From positions 422-64,421 of the forward strand of contig CANPXT010000006.1 in the NCBI GenBank assembly GCA_947586835.1: a stretch of 64,000 bases of DNA. The letters run 5' to 3'. Source of the DNA: an uncultured Alphaproteobacteria bacterium. Lineage in GTDB: Bacteria > Pseudomonadota > Alphaproteobacteria > CAAHEQ01 > UBA3637. Made by a program: the position numbers and the translations under genes. How positions within the stretch are numbered: position 1 is the first letter of the stretch; each line of letters starts with the position of its first letter. The notes beneath the pieces are model-generated. The model searched no databases. It saw only the letters and a list, made by a program, of their open reading frames with translations, and had not been told where the DNA came from. Shown in pieces: positions 25,626 through 35,582 of the stretch.

Positions 25626-26402
25626 TTAAACACGGGTATAATCAATTATTTTTTGAAATAAGGCCCGCCTTAAAGGCTCAACCCGATCCAATTCACTCAC
25701 AATCTTTCGGGCAATGGGATAATCCGCTTTTCTTTCGACAAGACACTTTTTCAATGCTGTTGCCGTTGTTTCATAATGTACACCCGAAACAATAACAAGT
25801 CCTTTTCCGATCGGCTCAACTATTACAGCCGGCAAGCTTTTGTCGGGTAATCGATAATTAGCTATCACACTTCCCTTTGACTGTGCTTTTTTAACAAACC
25901 AAGGACCGCCGTGATAATAAGCCGCATATGAATTGCTGTTTATTCTATCTTGAAGCAACACAACCGCCGTTGCCGCCGCCGTAGGCTCATATGGCTTGAT
26001 ATTTAACTCTTTTTGAAGCGTTCCGATGGCAATGGCGTCAATTAAGTTTAAGCCGTAATCGTTTATTTTCCGTAAATGAGAAATCTGGGGCTCGAAAACA
26101 GCTTTTTTGGCAGCAAAATATGCTCCGGCACAAATACCGTAATAAATGCCACCCGATTCGACATAGGAACGAATGAACTGCTTACCTGATGCTCCTAATT
26201 TTAAATGATAATAATCTGCCGATCCGCCAGGCATAAAAAAAGCGACAACATTCGATGATAAAGCGTTTTGATGAATAATGGCATCTGCCGAAACAGTTTC
26301 AATTAATATACCTTTCGCCGAAAACTCTTTGTTCAAGGCCTCTTGCAAAACGGTCACACCGGCTGTACCAATATCATCATAAATTAAAATTTTATTCTTC
26401 AT
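25626..26402 (-). CDS. BPL_N-like (class-I glutamine-amidotransferase-like fold) protein of unknown function
   Basis: The pattern ILIYDD.GT......L.......V......VAFFMPGGSADYY...LG..G...I..YV..GG.YYGICAGAYFA resembles the N-terminal domain of eukaryotic biotin-protein ligases. It lies 10 nt downstream of the HydE-like gene. Confidence 0.5.
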   Translation of the reverse strand: MKNKILIYDDIGTAGVTVLQEALNKEFSAKGILIETVSADAIIHQNALSSNVVAFFMPGGSADYYHLKLGASGKQFIRSYVESGGIYYGICAGAYFAAKKAVFEPQISHLRKINDYGLNLIDAIAIGTLQKELNIKPYEPTAAATAVVLLQDRINSNSYAAYYHGGPWFVKKAQSKGSVIANYRLPDKSLPAVIVEPIGKGLVIVSGVHYETTATALKKCLVERKADYPIARKIVSELDRVEPLRRALFQKIIDYTRV

Positions 26403-26412
26403 TTTCTGTCTT

Positions 26413-27417
26413 TCATACCTGATAATGTTTAATATGTCCGCCGTAACCCGTGCCGATTGTGCGTCCGATACTTTTTATTTTTAATCCGATACAAGTTCGA
26501 CATTGCATAGCTGATTCATTCAAACAAATTTTGTTCGGATATAATTCATACAATTTGCGATATTCCGTATCCGTTACATTCGGCATAATGACATTGGCAC
26601 CGCATTGAAGCGCCATTAACCGTCCTTGCGGATGCAGACTTTCCATGGCAGTTGTAGCAGGAATGTTAATATCCGGCATTAAAAGACGCATGGCTGCCAT
26701 GGTTCTTAATGCCAATTTTAACGTGCCGCCTTTTTCCTTTGCCAACGGCGTTTGCGGATGCGGAATAAACGGTCCGATACCTGCCATATCCACCGGCAGA
26801 GATTGTAAATAGAGTAAATCATCGGCAACAGACTCAATACTTTGCCCCGGAAGTCCGACCATAATGCCTGAACCCAACTCATAACCTAAATCTCGAATCA
26901 TTAACAAACACTCATGCCGATGTTCCCAACTCATATGCGGATCTAACCGATGATATAAATCTTTATCGGTTGTTTCAATGCGCATTAAATATCTGTCAGC
27001 ACCGGCTTCACGAAAGGCTTTATACTCTTCATACGACCTTTCGCCGATACTTAATGTGACCGCTACATCCAACTTTTTAATTTCTTCAATCACATGACAA
27101 AGCTTATCCGTTGTATAATATAAATCTTCTCCCGATTGCATGACAATGGTTTTAAATCCGAGGTTTGCAGCATTAAAAGCCGTTTGTATCAGTTCATCTT
27201 CCGATAATCTGTATCGCTTTACAAGCGCATTGCCGCAACGAATACCGCAATAAAGACAATTGTTTCGGCAAATATTCGAAAACTCAATCAACCCGCGCAA
27301 ATGTACCTCATCGCCGAGTGTTTCTTTGCGAACGGTATCAGCCTTTTGAAACAAGTCTTTTTCTTGTTCGTCATCTTGAAGCCAACGAATAATTTCTTCT
27401 TTCGAATATCGAAGCAT
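26413..27417 (-). CDS. hydE: Radical-SAM enzyme of the HydE/PylB/BioB-like subfamily (HydE-like)
   Basis: CxxxCxxC in the context IEFSNICRNNCLYCGIR. Other motifs are IVMQSGED, AGADRYL, MVGLPGQ, GIGPFIPHP.TPLA, NIPATTAM and CGANVIMPN, which is the HydE pattern as I recall it. No hydA, hydF or hydG is present in the window. Confidence 0.65.
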   Translation of the reverse strand: MLRYSKEEIIRWLQDDEQEKDLFQKADTVRKETLGDEVHLRGLIEFSNICRNNCLYCGIRCGNALVKRYRLSEDELIQTAFNAANLGFKTIVMQSGEDLYYTTDKLCHVIEEIKKLDVAVTLSIGERSYEEYKAFREAGADRYLMRIETTDKDLYHRLDPHMSWEHRHECLLMIRDLGYELGSGIMVGLPGQSIESVADDLLYLQSLPVDMAGIGPFIPHPQTPLAKEKGGTLKLALRTMAAMRLLMPDINIPATTAMESLHPQGRLMALQCGANVIMPNVTDTEYRKLYELYPNKICLNESAMQCRTCIGLKIKSIGRTIGTGYGGHIKHYQV

Positions 27418-27530
27418 TTTGTTCTCATTTTAATTGCATAATCCTGCTTATTTTACTCTTTTTTTTACTTTTGTCAATTTGTTATTAAAATGTATTTGAT
27501 TATTTTATTTATTTTGCTATATTTGATGAT

Positions 27531-28133
27531 ATGAAAATAGATTTGACACAAAAAATACCGCCGGAGGTTTATTTAAAAAATCCCTTTGTCATTGCCAAAG
27601 ATTATTTACTGGGTGCGTATTTGTGTACTTGCTTCAACGGCATTTTAACTGCCGGAAAAATAACCGAATTGGAAGTTTATATGGGCGCTACGGATAAAGC
27701 AGCGCATACTTACGCTTTTCATCGATCACCTCGCGTTGAAAGCTGTTATAAAAAAGGCGGATGCGCTTATGTGTTTTTCATTTACGGGTGTCATTATCAT
27801 TTTAATGTTGTCATTGGCGAAAAAGAAGATCCAAAAGCCATTTTAATTCGTGCCCTCGAACCCGTAACAGGCGCAGAAGAAATGATAAAACGTCGCACAA
27901 ATAAAAACCCGAAACAATTGTTAAACGGTCCCGGGAAATTGTGTCAGGCGCTCGGCATTACAAAAACCTTGGACGGCGCCGATTTAACGGGTAATCAAAT
28001 TTGGCTTTCACCCAAAACGGAACGTATTTTGAAAAAAGATATTTTGGCACTTCCTCGTGTCGGGATTGATTACGCTGAAGAATATGCGCTGAAAAAATGG
28101 CGTTTTTTGCTTAATTTACAAAGAAAAGACTAA
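27531..28133 (+). CDS. mpg: DNA-3-methyladenine glycosylase (AAG/Mpg family)
   Basis: 200 aa. Motifs include GKITELEVYMG..D.AAH, GG.AYVFFIYG.HYHFNVV, ILIRALEP and GPGKLCQALGI. Confidence 0.88.
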   Translation: MKIDLTQKIPPEVYLKNPFVIAKDYLLGAYLCTCFNGILTAGKITELEVYMGATDKAAHTYAFHRSPRVESCYKKGGCAYVFFIYGCHYHFNVVIGEKEDPKAILIRALEPVTGAEEMIKRRTNKNPKQLLNGPGKLCQALGITKTLDGADLTGNQIWLSPKTERILKKDILALPRVGIDYAEEYALKKWRFLLNLQRKD

Positions 28134-28898
28134 AACACGCGTGATACCGCCCAAATCCCGATAACTTTTTAAAAACCGCCAGTTTTCATTGTGCATAATG
28201 CTACACACCGCTGATGCCTGCCCCTGCCCGATTTCAAAAAACACCATCGATTTTGAATGACAGCATTTCTTTAAAATGTGACTCAACCGCCGATAGGCGT
28301 TTAACCCGTCTTTACCGCCGTCAAGCGCAATGAAGGGATCAAACAAACGAACGCTTTTTTCTAACTTTTCAATATCAGCCGTGGGAATGTAAGGCGGATT
28401 GGATAGTAAAATATCAAACTGCCCCAAATCACTGAAATCATCGGTATAAAAGTTCTTCTCTTTAAAAACAATTTTGTTTTCCGGATCGTTTTGACGCGCC
28501 ACCGCCAGTACTTCAGTCGAAACATCAATACCGACACCCGTTAATTGTCGATATTCATCACATAAAGATAAAATTAAACACCCGCTGCCCGTTCCGATAT
28601 CCAACGCCCGATAAGCTTTTGTTGCATCAGGAAAAAAAACTTTAATCGCTTCTATCAACGTTTCGGAATCGGGTCTGGGATCCAACACACATTCTGACAC
28701 ATAAAAATCACGTTTCCAAAAGCCTTTTTGACAAATGATTTTCGAAACCGGTTCGCCGACGGTTCTTCTTTGAATAAAATCAATAATTTGCTCATCGCTC
28801 GGCTTGTTTTGATAATGTGCGCAAAAAAAACGTGCGTCAAGAAGCGGTGTATCGCTGACTCCTTTTAATTGTTCGGCAATTTTTTCAATCAGTGACAT
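28116..28898 (-). CDS. prmC: Release-factor glutamine N5-methyltransferase
   Basis: SAM motif DIGTGSGC and catalytic NPPY (LLSNPPYIP). It lies directly downstream of prfA. Confidence 0.9.
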   Translation of the reverse strand: MSLIEKIAEQLKGVSDTPLLDARFFCAHYQNKPSDEQIIDFIQRRTVGEPVSKIICQKGFWKRDFYVSECVLDPRPDSETLIEAIKVFFPDATKAYRALDIGTGSGCLILSLCDEYRQLTGVGIDVSTEVLAVARQNDPENKIVFKEKNFYTDDFSDLGQFDILLSNPPYIPTADIEKLEKSVRLFDPFIALDGGKDGLNAYRRLSHILKKCCHSKSMVFFEIGQGQASAVCSIMHNENWRFLKSYRDLGGITRVLVFSL

Positions 28899-29972
28899 TT
28901 ATCCGTCAATTTCAGCTAATTTCTGCATTTGATCTTCGGCAATCAAAGCATCGATAAAATCATCAAGACCGACACCGTCCATCACTTCGCTTAATTGATA
29001 AGAAGTTTTGTTAATGCGATGATCCGTCACTCGACCCTGCGGAAAATTATATGTTCTGATTCGCTCGGATCTGTCTCCCGATCCGACTTGATTTTTCCGA
29101 TTTTGTGATCGTTCTTTATCCAGTGCCTGTCGCTGCATATCATACAACAACGTTCTTAAACGCATCATCGCCTTATCTTTATTTTTAAATTGCGAACGTT
29201 CTTCCTGCGATTCAACGGCAATGCCCGTCGGTTTATGTACAATTCGAATGGCACTGTCGGTTTTATTAATGTGCTGTCCGCCGGCGCCTGATGAACGACA
29301 GGTTGTAATTTCCAAATCAGCCTCATTAATTTGCACGTCAACTTCCTGAGCCTCGGGCAAAACGGCAACGGTTGCCGCAGAGGTATGTACCCGTCCGCCG
29401 GATTCCGTTTCCGGTACACGCTGTACCCGATGAGCTCCGGATTCAAACTTCAGTCGTGCGAACACGGAACGACCTGATATTTGCGCAACCGCTTCCTTAT
29501 AACCGCCCAATCCCGTTTCGTTTAACGATAATATTTCAAACGTCCAATTTTTAAGAGCGGCATAACGTTCATACATACGAAATAAATCAGCAGCAAATAA
29601 CGCAGCCTCTTCGCCTCCTGTTCCCGCCCGCACTTCCAAAATCACATTTCTGTCATCGGCTTCATCTTTCGGCAAGAGTAAAATTTGAATTTCTTTTTCC
29701 ATTTCAGGTACTTGTTCTTTGAGTGAATAGTATTCTTCCTGTGCCATGGTTCGCATTTCGGCATCCGTCGTTTCATCATTCATTAATGCTTCATCATCAG
29801 CTATATCACAAAGCAATTTTTTATATTTTAATCCTAATGTATGAATTTCTTCCAACTGACTTAATTCTTTCGACAGACGAACAAACTCATCTCCTTCAAC
29901 GCCTTGCGATAATAAAGCGGTTAATTCCTCATAGCGACCGATAATCGGCGTTAATTTTTGCTCAAAATTCAT
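28899..29972 (-). CDS. prfA: Peptide chain release factor 1
   Basis: PET-like tripeptide region (RVQRVPETESGGRVHTS) and the GGQ motif (SSGAGGQHINK). Confidence 0.96.
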   Translation of the reverse strand: MNFEQKLTPIIGRYEELTALLSQGVEGDEFVRLSKELSQLEEIHTLGLKYKKLLCDIADDEALMNDETTDAEMRTMAQEEYYSLKEQVPEMEKEIQILLLPKDEADDRNVILEVRAGTGGEEAALFAADLFRMYERYAALKNWTFEILSLNETGLGGYKEAVAQISGRSVFARLKFESGAHRVQRVPETESGGRVHTSAATVAVLPEAQEVDVQINEADLEITTCRSSGAGGQHINKTDSAIRIVHKPTGIAVESQEERSQFKNKDKAMMRLRTLLYDMQRQALDKERSQNRKNQVGSGDRSERIRTYNFPQGRVTDHRINKTSYQLSEVMDGVGLDDFIDALIAEDQMQKLAEIDG

Positions 29973-29993
29973 GATAATTAAACTCCTGCCAGA

Positions 29994-30878
29994 TTACTCT
30001 TGAAAGGCATCTGCTTCCAATTTCACGTTATTCATTACTTTCTTCGTTTTTGATAAAGTCCCTTTCGGCATTTTATCGACATAAACAGTTAACGCCGGCG
30101 CATTTCCCGTTTTCAGACGTAATTCTTTTTCATCCGTCGGCACAAAATAAGCATCCCCTTTATTCATAATTCGATTAAAAACAATTTTGGTCGGATTACT
30201 TACAGATATCCACACTTGTTCATTGGCTACCAAAACAACACGGGCATTTTCCGGGTTTCCGAGCCGTTCGCCCGTTACATCGGGATAATCAACCGAGACC
30301 GTCGGTATAACGGGTTGTGTTTCAATCGCTGCCGACATTTCTGACTTTTCTGTATCAGTCGGCAACACTTTTTCGACGGGAACATCTGCTGCTATCGGTG
30401 TTGTTTCCATTATTTTCATATCCACGGTAACGGTATTTTCATTTTCCGAAACCGTTTTGTTAAAATGAACGATCATACAAATACCGATGACCAAAACCAA
30501 CAAAACAACACCTGCCCCGATTAAAACCCGTTTTTCGGGAATAACGGATGTTTCACTGTGGATGGGAAAATCTGCCGGCGTACTGGAGGGTGAAATATTC
30601 TTTTCCTTATATTGTTTCACAAGCATATCGCTTTCCAATCCCAAATAGGCAGCATAAGAACGCAAAAAAGCAACCCCATAAACAGGCGCCGGAAAAGCAT
30701 CCGTTGTATTTTCTTCAAGCGCTTGAATATATTTCGGTCGAATATTTAAGGCTTGAGCGGCTTTTTCAATACTGATGTTTTTAGCCAGTCTTGCCCGACG
30801 CAATTCATCACCGATGGTATCAAACAAAGTTCGTTCCACCATTTCCGATGTGTTTTTATGTCCCGATTTCATTTCCAT
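29994..30878 (-). CDS. RodZ-like cytoskeletal protein (HTH domain, TM segment, DUF4115-like C-terminus)
   Basis: N-terminal XRE-type HTH (IGDELRRARLAKNISIEKAAQALNIRPKYIQALEE), a central TM segment (LIGAGVVLLVLVIGICMIV) and a C-terminal beta-rich domain. Confidence 0.7.
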   Translation of the reverse strand: MEMKSGHKNTSEMVERTLFDTIGDELRRARLAKNISIEKAAQALNIRPKYIQALEENTTDAFPAPVYGVAFLRSYAAYLGLESDMLVKQYKEKNISPSSTPADFPIHSETSVIPEKRVLIGAGVVLLVLVIGICMIVHFNKTVSENENTVTVDMKIMETTPIAADVPVEKVLPTDTEKSEMSAAIETQPVIPTVSVDYPDVTGERLGNPENARVVLVANEQVWISVSNPTKIVFNRIMNKGDAYFVPTDEKELRLKTGNAPALTVYVDKMPKGTLSKTKKVMNNVKLEADAFQE

Positions 30879-30920
30879 TTAAACCTCTTTTCAATTTAAG
30901 CATTTTATAATGCATTTTTT

Positions 30921-31625
30921 TTAAAATGTCCACAATAAATTAAGATACAACAAAAAGAAAACAACAATGCCCGCCAAGCCCAATGCCGGTCCGAAAGCAT
31001 CTGCTCGTTTTTTCTTAATCCAAGCCGTGGCATAGAAAAACAAAAATGAAAGCAAAAGCGTGATATTTAATCCCATAGGACCAAACCAAATACCGAAAGC
31101 CGTTAACATTTTCACATCACCGGCACCGAATTCGCCTTTTTTGAAAAACGACATTATGAAAACGGCAAGGGTGGAAATAATGTAGCCGAACCACGCCCCG
31201 ATAATTCGTTCATTCATCGTTAAAACGGTATCCGACGAAAAACAAGCAAATGTAACACCGATTAATAATAAAGGAATGGTAAAAAAATCGGGTAATAAAT
31301 AATATTGTTGATCTACCGCCATTAAAAGAGCCGTTAAATAAAAAAACAGGCAAGCATAAACATAGATATGCGGTAAAAAAGCACAGGCATACGCAAACAA
31401 AAATCCCATGACAACACCCCAACCAACCGAAAAATAAATCATTTTTCGCCATTTTCCCTCTAACAATTCGCGACGTTTTGCATCTGCTACGCGCGGAAAC
31501 CGCGGTTTATGGAAAAGCATGGCACAAACCAAACCCGGATCGGCGGGTAATATTTTACCGAAACGACTGGCAAATGTCGGTATGGTTAAACCGAGTAAAA
31601 AGCCAATGAACATAATAACCGTCAT
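30921..31625 (-). CDS. Prepilin (A24 family) aspartic peptidase, without an obvious N-terminal Cys-rich methyltransferase module
   Basis: Polytopic membrane protein with a GAGDVKMLTAFG motif (GxGD-type second catalytic Asp). No CxxC pairs are visible at the N-terminus. Confidence 0.75.
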   Translation of the reverse strand: MTVIMFIGFLLGLTIPTFASRFGKILPADPGLVCAMLFHKPRFPRVADAKRRELLEGKWRKMIYFSVGWGVVMGFLFAYACAFLPHIYVYACLFFYLTALLMAVDQQYYLLPDFFTIPLLLIGVTFACFSSDTVLTMNERIIGAWFGYIISTLAVFIMSFFKKGEFGAGDVKMLTAFGIWFGPMGLNITLLLSFLFFYATAWIKKKRADAFGPALGLAGIVVFFLLYLNLLWTF

Positions 31626-32230
31626 TTATTGAGCCTTTCTTTTTGATCGATTGCATCATTTTTCTTTTCAATTTCCAAATGCTTTTTATATTTTTCATAT
31701 TTTTGCAATATAAAAGCGCATACTTCAACGGGTGTTTGATAAGTTGTGTCGGCAATGCAATCAAAGTTATAATCGTTATCAATATCAACCCCGTAAATAC
31801 GTTTAAATCGTTCTACTTCCAATGTACGACGACTGATCAGTGCCTCCACGGCTTCTTTGACGGAAAAATATTTTTGTTCACCGCTTCTTTCAGTATCATT
31901 AAAAATACGTTCACCGGCAATCAGCGTATCAACATTCAATTTAACCTTAAAAGAAGCGGGAATAAAATGAAAAGCCATTCGCGAATCAACAACGTAATTT
32001 TGTCCGTTCAAGGGCAATTCTTTAAAAACGCCGTCAATTTCCTGATCAATCTGCGGATTGGTTTTGCACATTTCATTGAGTTCCAATGTCGTTACACCGT
32101 AACGTGCAGCAATTAAGCGTTGCACATTTCCGGTCGAATAAAACTCAAACCCCAACCGATCAGCCAACAATCGACCGATGGTTGATTTACCGCTGCCCAA
32201 TTGTCCGGATAAGGTAATAATTGACGACAT
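31622..32230 (-). CDS. P-loop kinase of the cytidylate-kinase-like / AAA family
   Basis: ITLSGQLGSGKSTIGRLLADRLGFEFYSTG. There is a 4-nt overlap with the downstream prepilin peptidase gene. Confidence 0.6.
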   Translation of the reverse strand: MSSIITLSGQLGSGKSTIGRLLADRLGFEFYSTGNVQRLIAARYGVTTLELNEMCKTNPQIDQEIDGVFKELPLNGQNYVVDSRMAFHFIPASFKVKLNVDTLIAGERIFNDTERSGEQKYFSVKEAVEALISRRTLEVERFKRIYGVDIDNDYNFDCIADTTYQTPVEVCAFILQKYEKYKKHLEIEKKNDAIDQKERLNK

Positions 32231-32321
32231 ATGAAAACTCCTTTTATCATTATCATATTGATTTTATCGAAAAGGTCAATCATTTTATTTGTTTTTCGGC
32301 TTAAAAACGCTGTTTTTTTCA

Positions 32322-32350
32322 TTGACAATCTTCCTCGGGGTCGATATAGT
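32322..32350 (+). promoter_or_regulatory. Putative promoter (TTGACA-17 nt-TATAGT) of the flavoprotein gene
   Basis: TTGACA at 32322-32327 and TATAGT at 32345-32350, 29 nt upstream of the ATG at 32379. Confidence 0.55.
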
Positions 32351-32378
32351 AAAAAAGTCATCACAAAAAGGAGGAAAA

Positions 32379-33011
32379 ATGAAAGTTTTAATGGTTAACG
32401 GATCACCGCATCTGAAAGGATGTACTTACACCGCTTTAAATGAAATTTCCGAAACGTTGAAAGAAGAAGGTATCGATTCGGAAATTTTTCACGTCGGATT
32501 GGATCCGATTGCACCGTGTCGCGCCTGTCGCGCCTGCGCCAAGCTGAAACGCTGTGTTATTCAGGATAAAGTCAACACGTTTTTGGACTTATCCGAACAA
32601 GCAGACGGTTTCATTCTTGCCTCTCCCGTACATTATGCTTCGGCAAGCGGTATTATCGTTCCGTTTATGGACAGAGCCTTTTTCGCCGGATTCAACAGCA
32701 GCAGAAATTTGTTTCGCTTAAAACCGGCAGCCGCCGTTGCCAGTGCCAGACGAGCCGGCACAACGGCGACCTTGGATCAACTCAATAAATATTTTCAAAT
32801 CAATGAAATGCCCATTATTTCCGGACGCTATTGGAATATGGTGCATGGCGCCAATCCCGATGAAGTGCGTCAAGACTTGGAAGGTATGCAAAATATGCGC
32901 ATTTTGGCACGCAACTTTGCCTATCATTTGAAATGCAAAGAAGCAGCCACCAAAGCAGGTGTTTTATTACCCAAACAAGAAACAACCGTTTTTACAAACT
33001 TTATTCGCTAA
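32379..33011 (+). CDS. Flavodoxin-like fold NAD(P)H-dependent FMN reductase / iron-sulfur flavoprotein
   Basis: MKVLMVNGSPH..G.T, the Cys cluster CRACRACAKLKRC, and SPVHYASASG. The ATG at 32379 follows AAAGGAGG. Confidence 0.75.
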   Translation: MKVLMVNGSPHLKGCTYTALNEISETLKEEGIDSEIFHVGLDPIAPCRACRACAKLKRCVIQDKVNTFLDLSEQADGFILASPVHYASASGIIVPFMDRAFFAGFNSSRNLFRLKPAAAVASARRAGTTATLDQLNKYFQINEMPIISGRYWNMVHGANPDEVRQDLEGMQNMRILARNFAYHLKCKEAATKAGVLLPKQETTVFTNFIR

Positions 33012-33145
33012 AATCATATCGGCGGCGAGATTTGTTCCGTCGCCCGATATTTTAATATGTTTTGTACCCTCTTTTTGTCGTAAATTCTTGCGCATTAAGC
33101 CTTTTGTTTCCCATATACGATTTAAATAAAAAAAAGAGGGGAAAA

Positions 33146-34060
33146 ATGAAATTTATCGGCTATTTATTTGCGCTCATTGCAGTTTTTTTTTGGAGTTTCA
33201 ACAATATTATCGCGAAAGAACACGCCACCGATCTGACACCGATTGAGTTTGCCGCCGGTCGTTGGCTTGTGGCCGCGTTAATATTGTTACCCTTTACTGC
33301 CAAAGAGTTATGGAAAAACAGGGCTTATTTCAAAAAGCGTCTGCTTTGGATTTTCTCGTTGGGTTTAAGCGGCATAGTACTGGATAATACACTGATTTAT
33401 TTGGCAGCCGAAACGGCCTCGGCAACCAATATCGGTATATTGAGTATTTTGGCACCGATTTTTTTGGCACTGCTTTCGTTTTTCTTTTTGCATAAACCGA
33501 TTACGCGCAAACAAATAATCGGAATGTTGGTTGCCGTTTTCGGCGTACTGATTGTGATAACGAAAGGAGATTTAACCGATATTACCCGTATGAAAATTGC
33601 CGTTGGCGATTTTTGGGTAATTGCCAACGCTGCTTTTTTTGCACTATACAGTTTTTTACAATTTTCAAAGCCGAAAAACATTTCGCAAACCGCTCTTTTA
33701 TCCATTACCGTATGGGCAGGCGTGATTGTGCTTTTACCGCTTTTATTTCTCTATACGCCGCTGCCCGTTTTACGAAAATTAACGCTTGTTGATTACTCTT
33801 TATTCATTTATTTGGGTATTTTTAATTCTGTTTTGGCTTATTTGTTTTGGAATAGCGCATTAGCCAAAATCGGCGCAGTGCAAACAGGTATTATTTATTA
33901 TCTTCTGCCGATTTTTACCATGATTGAAGCGGCTTTTGTGTTAAAATCGGAAATTCACCTTAATCAAATCATCGGCGGATTTATTGTTATATGCGGTATT
34001 TTGCTTGTAACATTCGGGCAAAAACAAAAAGAAACGCGTACCGTTAAAAAGAATGCTTAA
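33146..34060 (+). CDS. EamA/DMT-family transporter
   Basis: About ten hydrophobic segments and two EamA-like halves. The ATG at 33146 follows AGAGGGG. Confidence 0.8.
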   Translation: MKFIGYLFALIAVFFWSFNNIIAKEHATDLTPIEFAAGRWLVAALILLPFTAKELWKNRAYFKKRLLWIFSLGLSGIVLDNTLIYLAAETASATNIGILSILAPIFLALLSFFFLHKPITRKQIIGMLVAVFGVLIVITKGDLTDITRMKIAVGDFWVIANAAFFALYSFLQFSKPKNISQTALLSITVWAGVIVLLPLLFLYTPLPVLRKLTLVDYSLFIYLGIFNSVLAYLFWNSALAKIGAVQTGIIYYLLPIFTMIEAAFVLKSEIHLNQIIGGFIVICGILLVTFGQKQKETRTVKKNA

Positions 34061-34065
34061 AAAAG

Positions 34066-34695
34066 TTATTGCGATTCGGTTGTTGTCAGTAATTTAAGAG
34101 AACTTAGCGATTCGGCGTGTTTTTCCATCCATAAAGTCGGATTTTCGTCAATAAAGATACATAAATTTTCTTCGGTTTGAATCGGTAAACCGTTTTTATC
34201 TTGAAAACGCTTTTGAATCAGCTGCTTAAACTCGCGTTGAATGGACATTTCTGAAATACCGGCAAACTCTTTTTTGGTTTTACTTAAAACCTTATCGGGT
34301 GTAAAACCATGCGCACGCACTTTTTTTCCGAAAGCCAACAATTGGGGATTGTAGATTTGAAAAAACGTTGCGGGATAATTTTGAAGCAAAACACCTTTTT
34401 TCTTACAATAATCGCCATAACCGATATAATGTCTGTATATTACGTTCGCCAATGAAAATAATTCTTGATTTTCCGCAACCTCATCAACCGACAACCGATC
34501 GGCTAAATATTTATGACGTAAACACAGAAAACCGGGGATAATCAACAGAACGGCAGCCATAATTAAGAGAAAACTCGACAAGCGTTTGCGACGTTTTTTA
34601 TCGATTTCGGCAGAGATTTTTTTTCTTCTCATGCGTTGTTTGACAATCACACGAGCGGTTTGATGCTTGATTTTTTTAATTGCTTTTGAAACCAT
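34066..34695 (-). CDS. Hypothetical membrane-anchored protein
   Basis: 209 aa. Basic N-terminus, one TM segment (LSSFLLIMAAVLLIPGFLCL) and no recognisable motif. Confidence 0.5.
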   Translation of the reverse strand: MVSKAIKKIKHQTARVIVKQRMRRKKISAEIDKKRRKRLSSFLLIMAAVLLIIPGFLCLRHKYLADRLSVDEVAENQELFSLANVIYRHYIGYGDYCKKKGVLLQNYPATFFQIYNPQLLAFGKKVRAHGFTPDKVLSKTKKEFAGISEMSIQREFKQLIQKRFQDKNGLPIQTEENLCIFIDENPTLWMEKHAESLSSLKLLTTTESQ

Positions 34696-34761
34696 TAAAA
34701 ACCTCCTTAAATTATATTTTACTCTTTTTTAAAGAAGTTGACAAGTTTTTTTTATTGAAAA

Positions 34762-35457
34762 TTAATAATCTTCATTTAAAGCAAAAGCCTTTTTCTGTTT
34801 ACGGGTATGTTTTTGCTTAATTTTTAAAGTCGGAACGGTTTTTGTAATAATATTATAAACTTCTTGCAACTTACCGCTGTAAATATGATTGGCATCAGGT
34901 ATCATTTTATATTCAACGGTTAATGACCGATAATGACCTAACTGCTCAACAAGCATCGACACGGAAGATTCATCAACAACCGTATCTTTTCCGCCTTGAA
35001 TAATCAAACCGGAAGCCGGACAAGGTGTTAAAAAATCAAACGAATATAAGTTTGTCGGAGGTGAAACGAAAACAAACCCTTTAATTTCGGGACGTCTCAT
35101 CAGCAACTGAGCCGCAATATAAGCGCCGAAAGAATAACCGGCAATCCAACAAACGGTCGTTTCGGTACAAATACTTTGCACCCAATCTAATGCCACAATG
35201 GCATCTTGTAATTCACCGTTACTGCTGCCGTCAACGGTTCCTTGGGAATTCCCCACACCGCGATAATTAAAACGCAGCACGGAAAATCCCATATTCACAA
35301 ATGCTTGAAACATCGTATATGTCATTTTATTATTCATGGTGCCGCCTTGTGCCGGGTGCGGATGAAGAATCATCACGAGCGGTGCGCGCGGATTTTCCGA
35401 TTTATGAAAACGTCCTTCCAATCGACCCATCGGTCCTGCAAAATAAACTTCCGACAT
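34762..35457 (-). CDS. Alpha/beta hydrolase
   Basis: Nucleophile elbow GYSFG and the H-containing C-terminus DANHIY. 231 aa. Confidence 0.75.
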   Translation of the reverse strand: MSEVYFAGPMGRLEGRFHKSENPRAPLVMILHPHPAQGGTMNNKMTYTMFQAFVNMGFSVLRFNYRGVGNSQGTVDGSSNGELQDAIVALDWVQSICTETTVCWIAGYSFGAYIAAQLLMRRPEIKGFVFVSPPTNLYSFDFLTPCPASGLIIQGGKDTVVDESSVSMLVEQLGHYRSLTVEYKMIPDANHIYSGKLQEVYNIITKTVPTLKIKQKHTRKQKKAFALNEDY

Positions 35458-35582
35458 ATGATAAAAACCCTTTCAAACACAAAAAAATTTCATCAATAAA
35501 ACAATTTTAGATTATTTTTTTAAAAAAAGCAATCTTTTTTATTGACAAACGTAAATTTTAAGCGTATAAGCATTAAAGCTTC

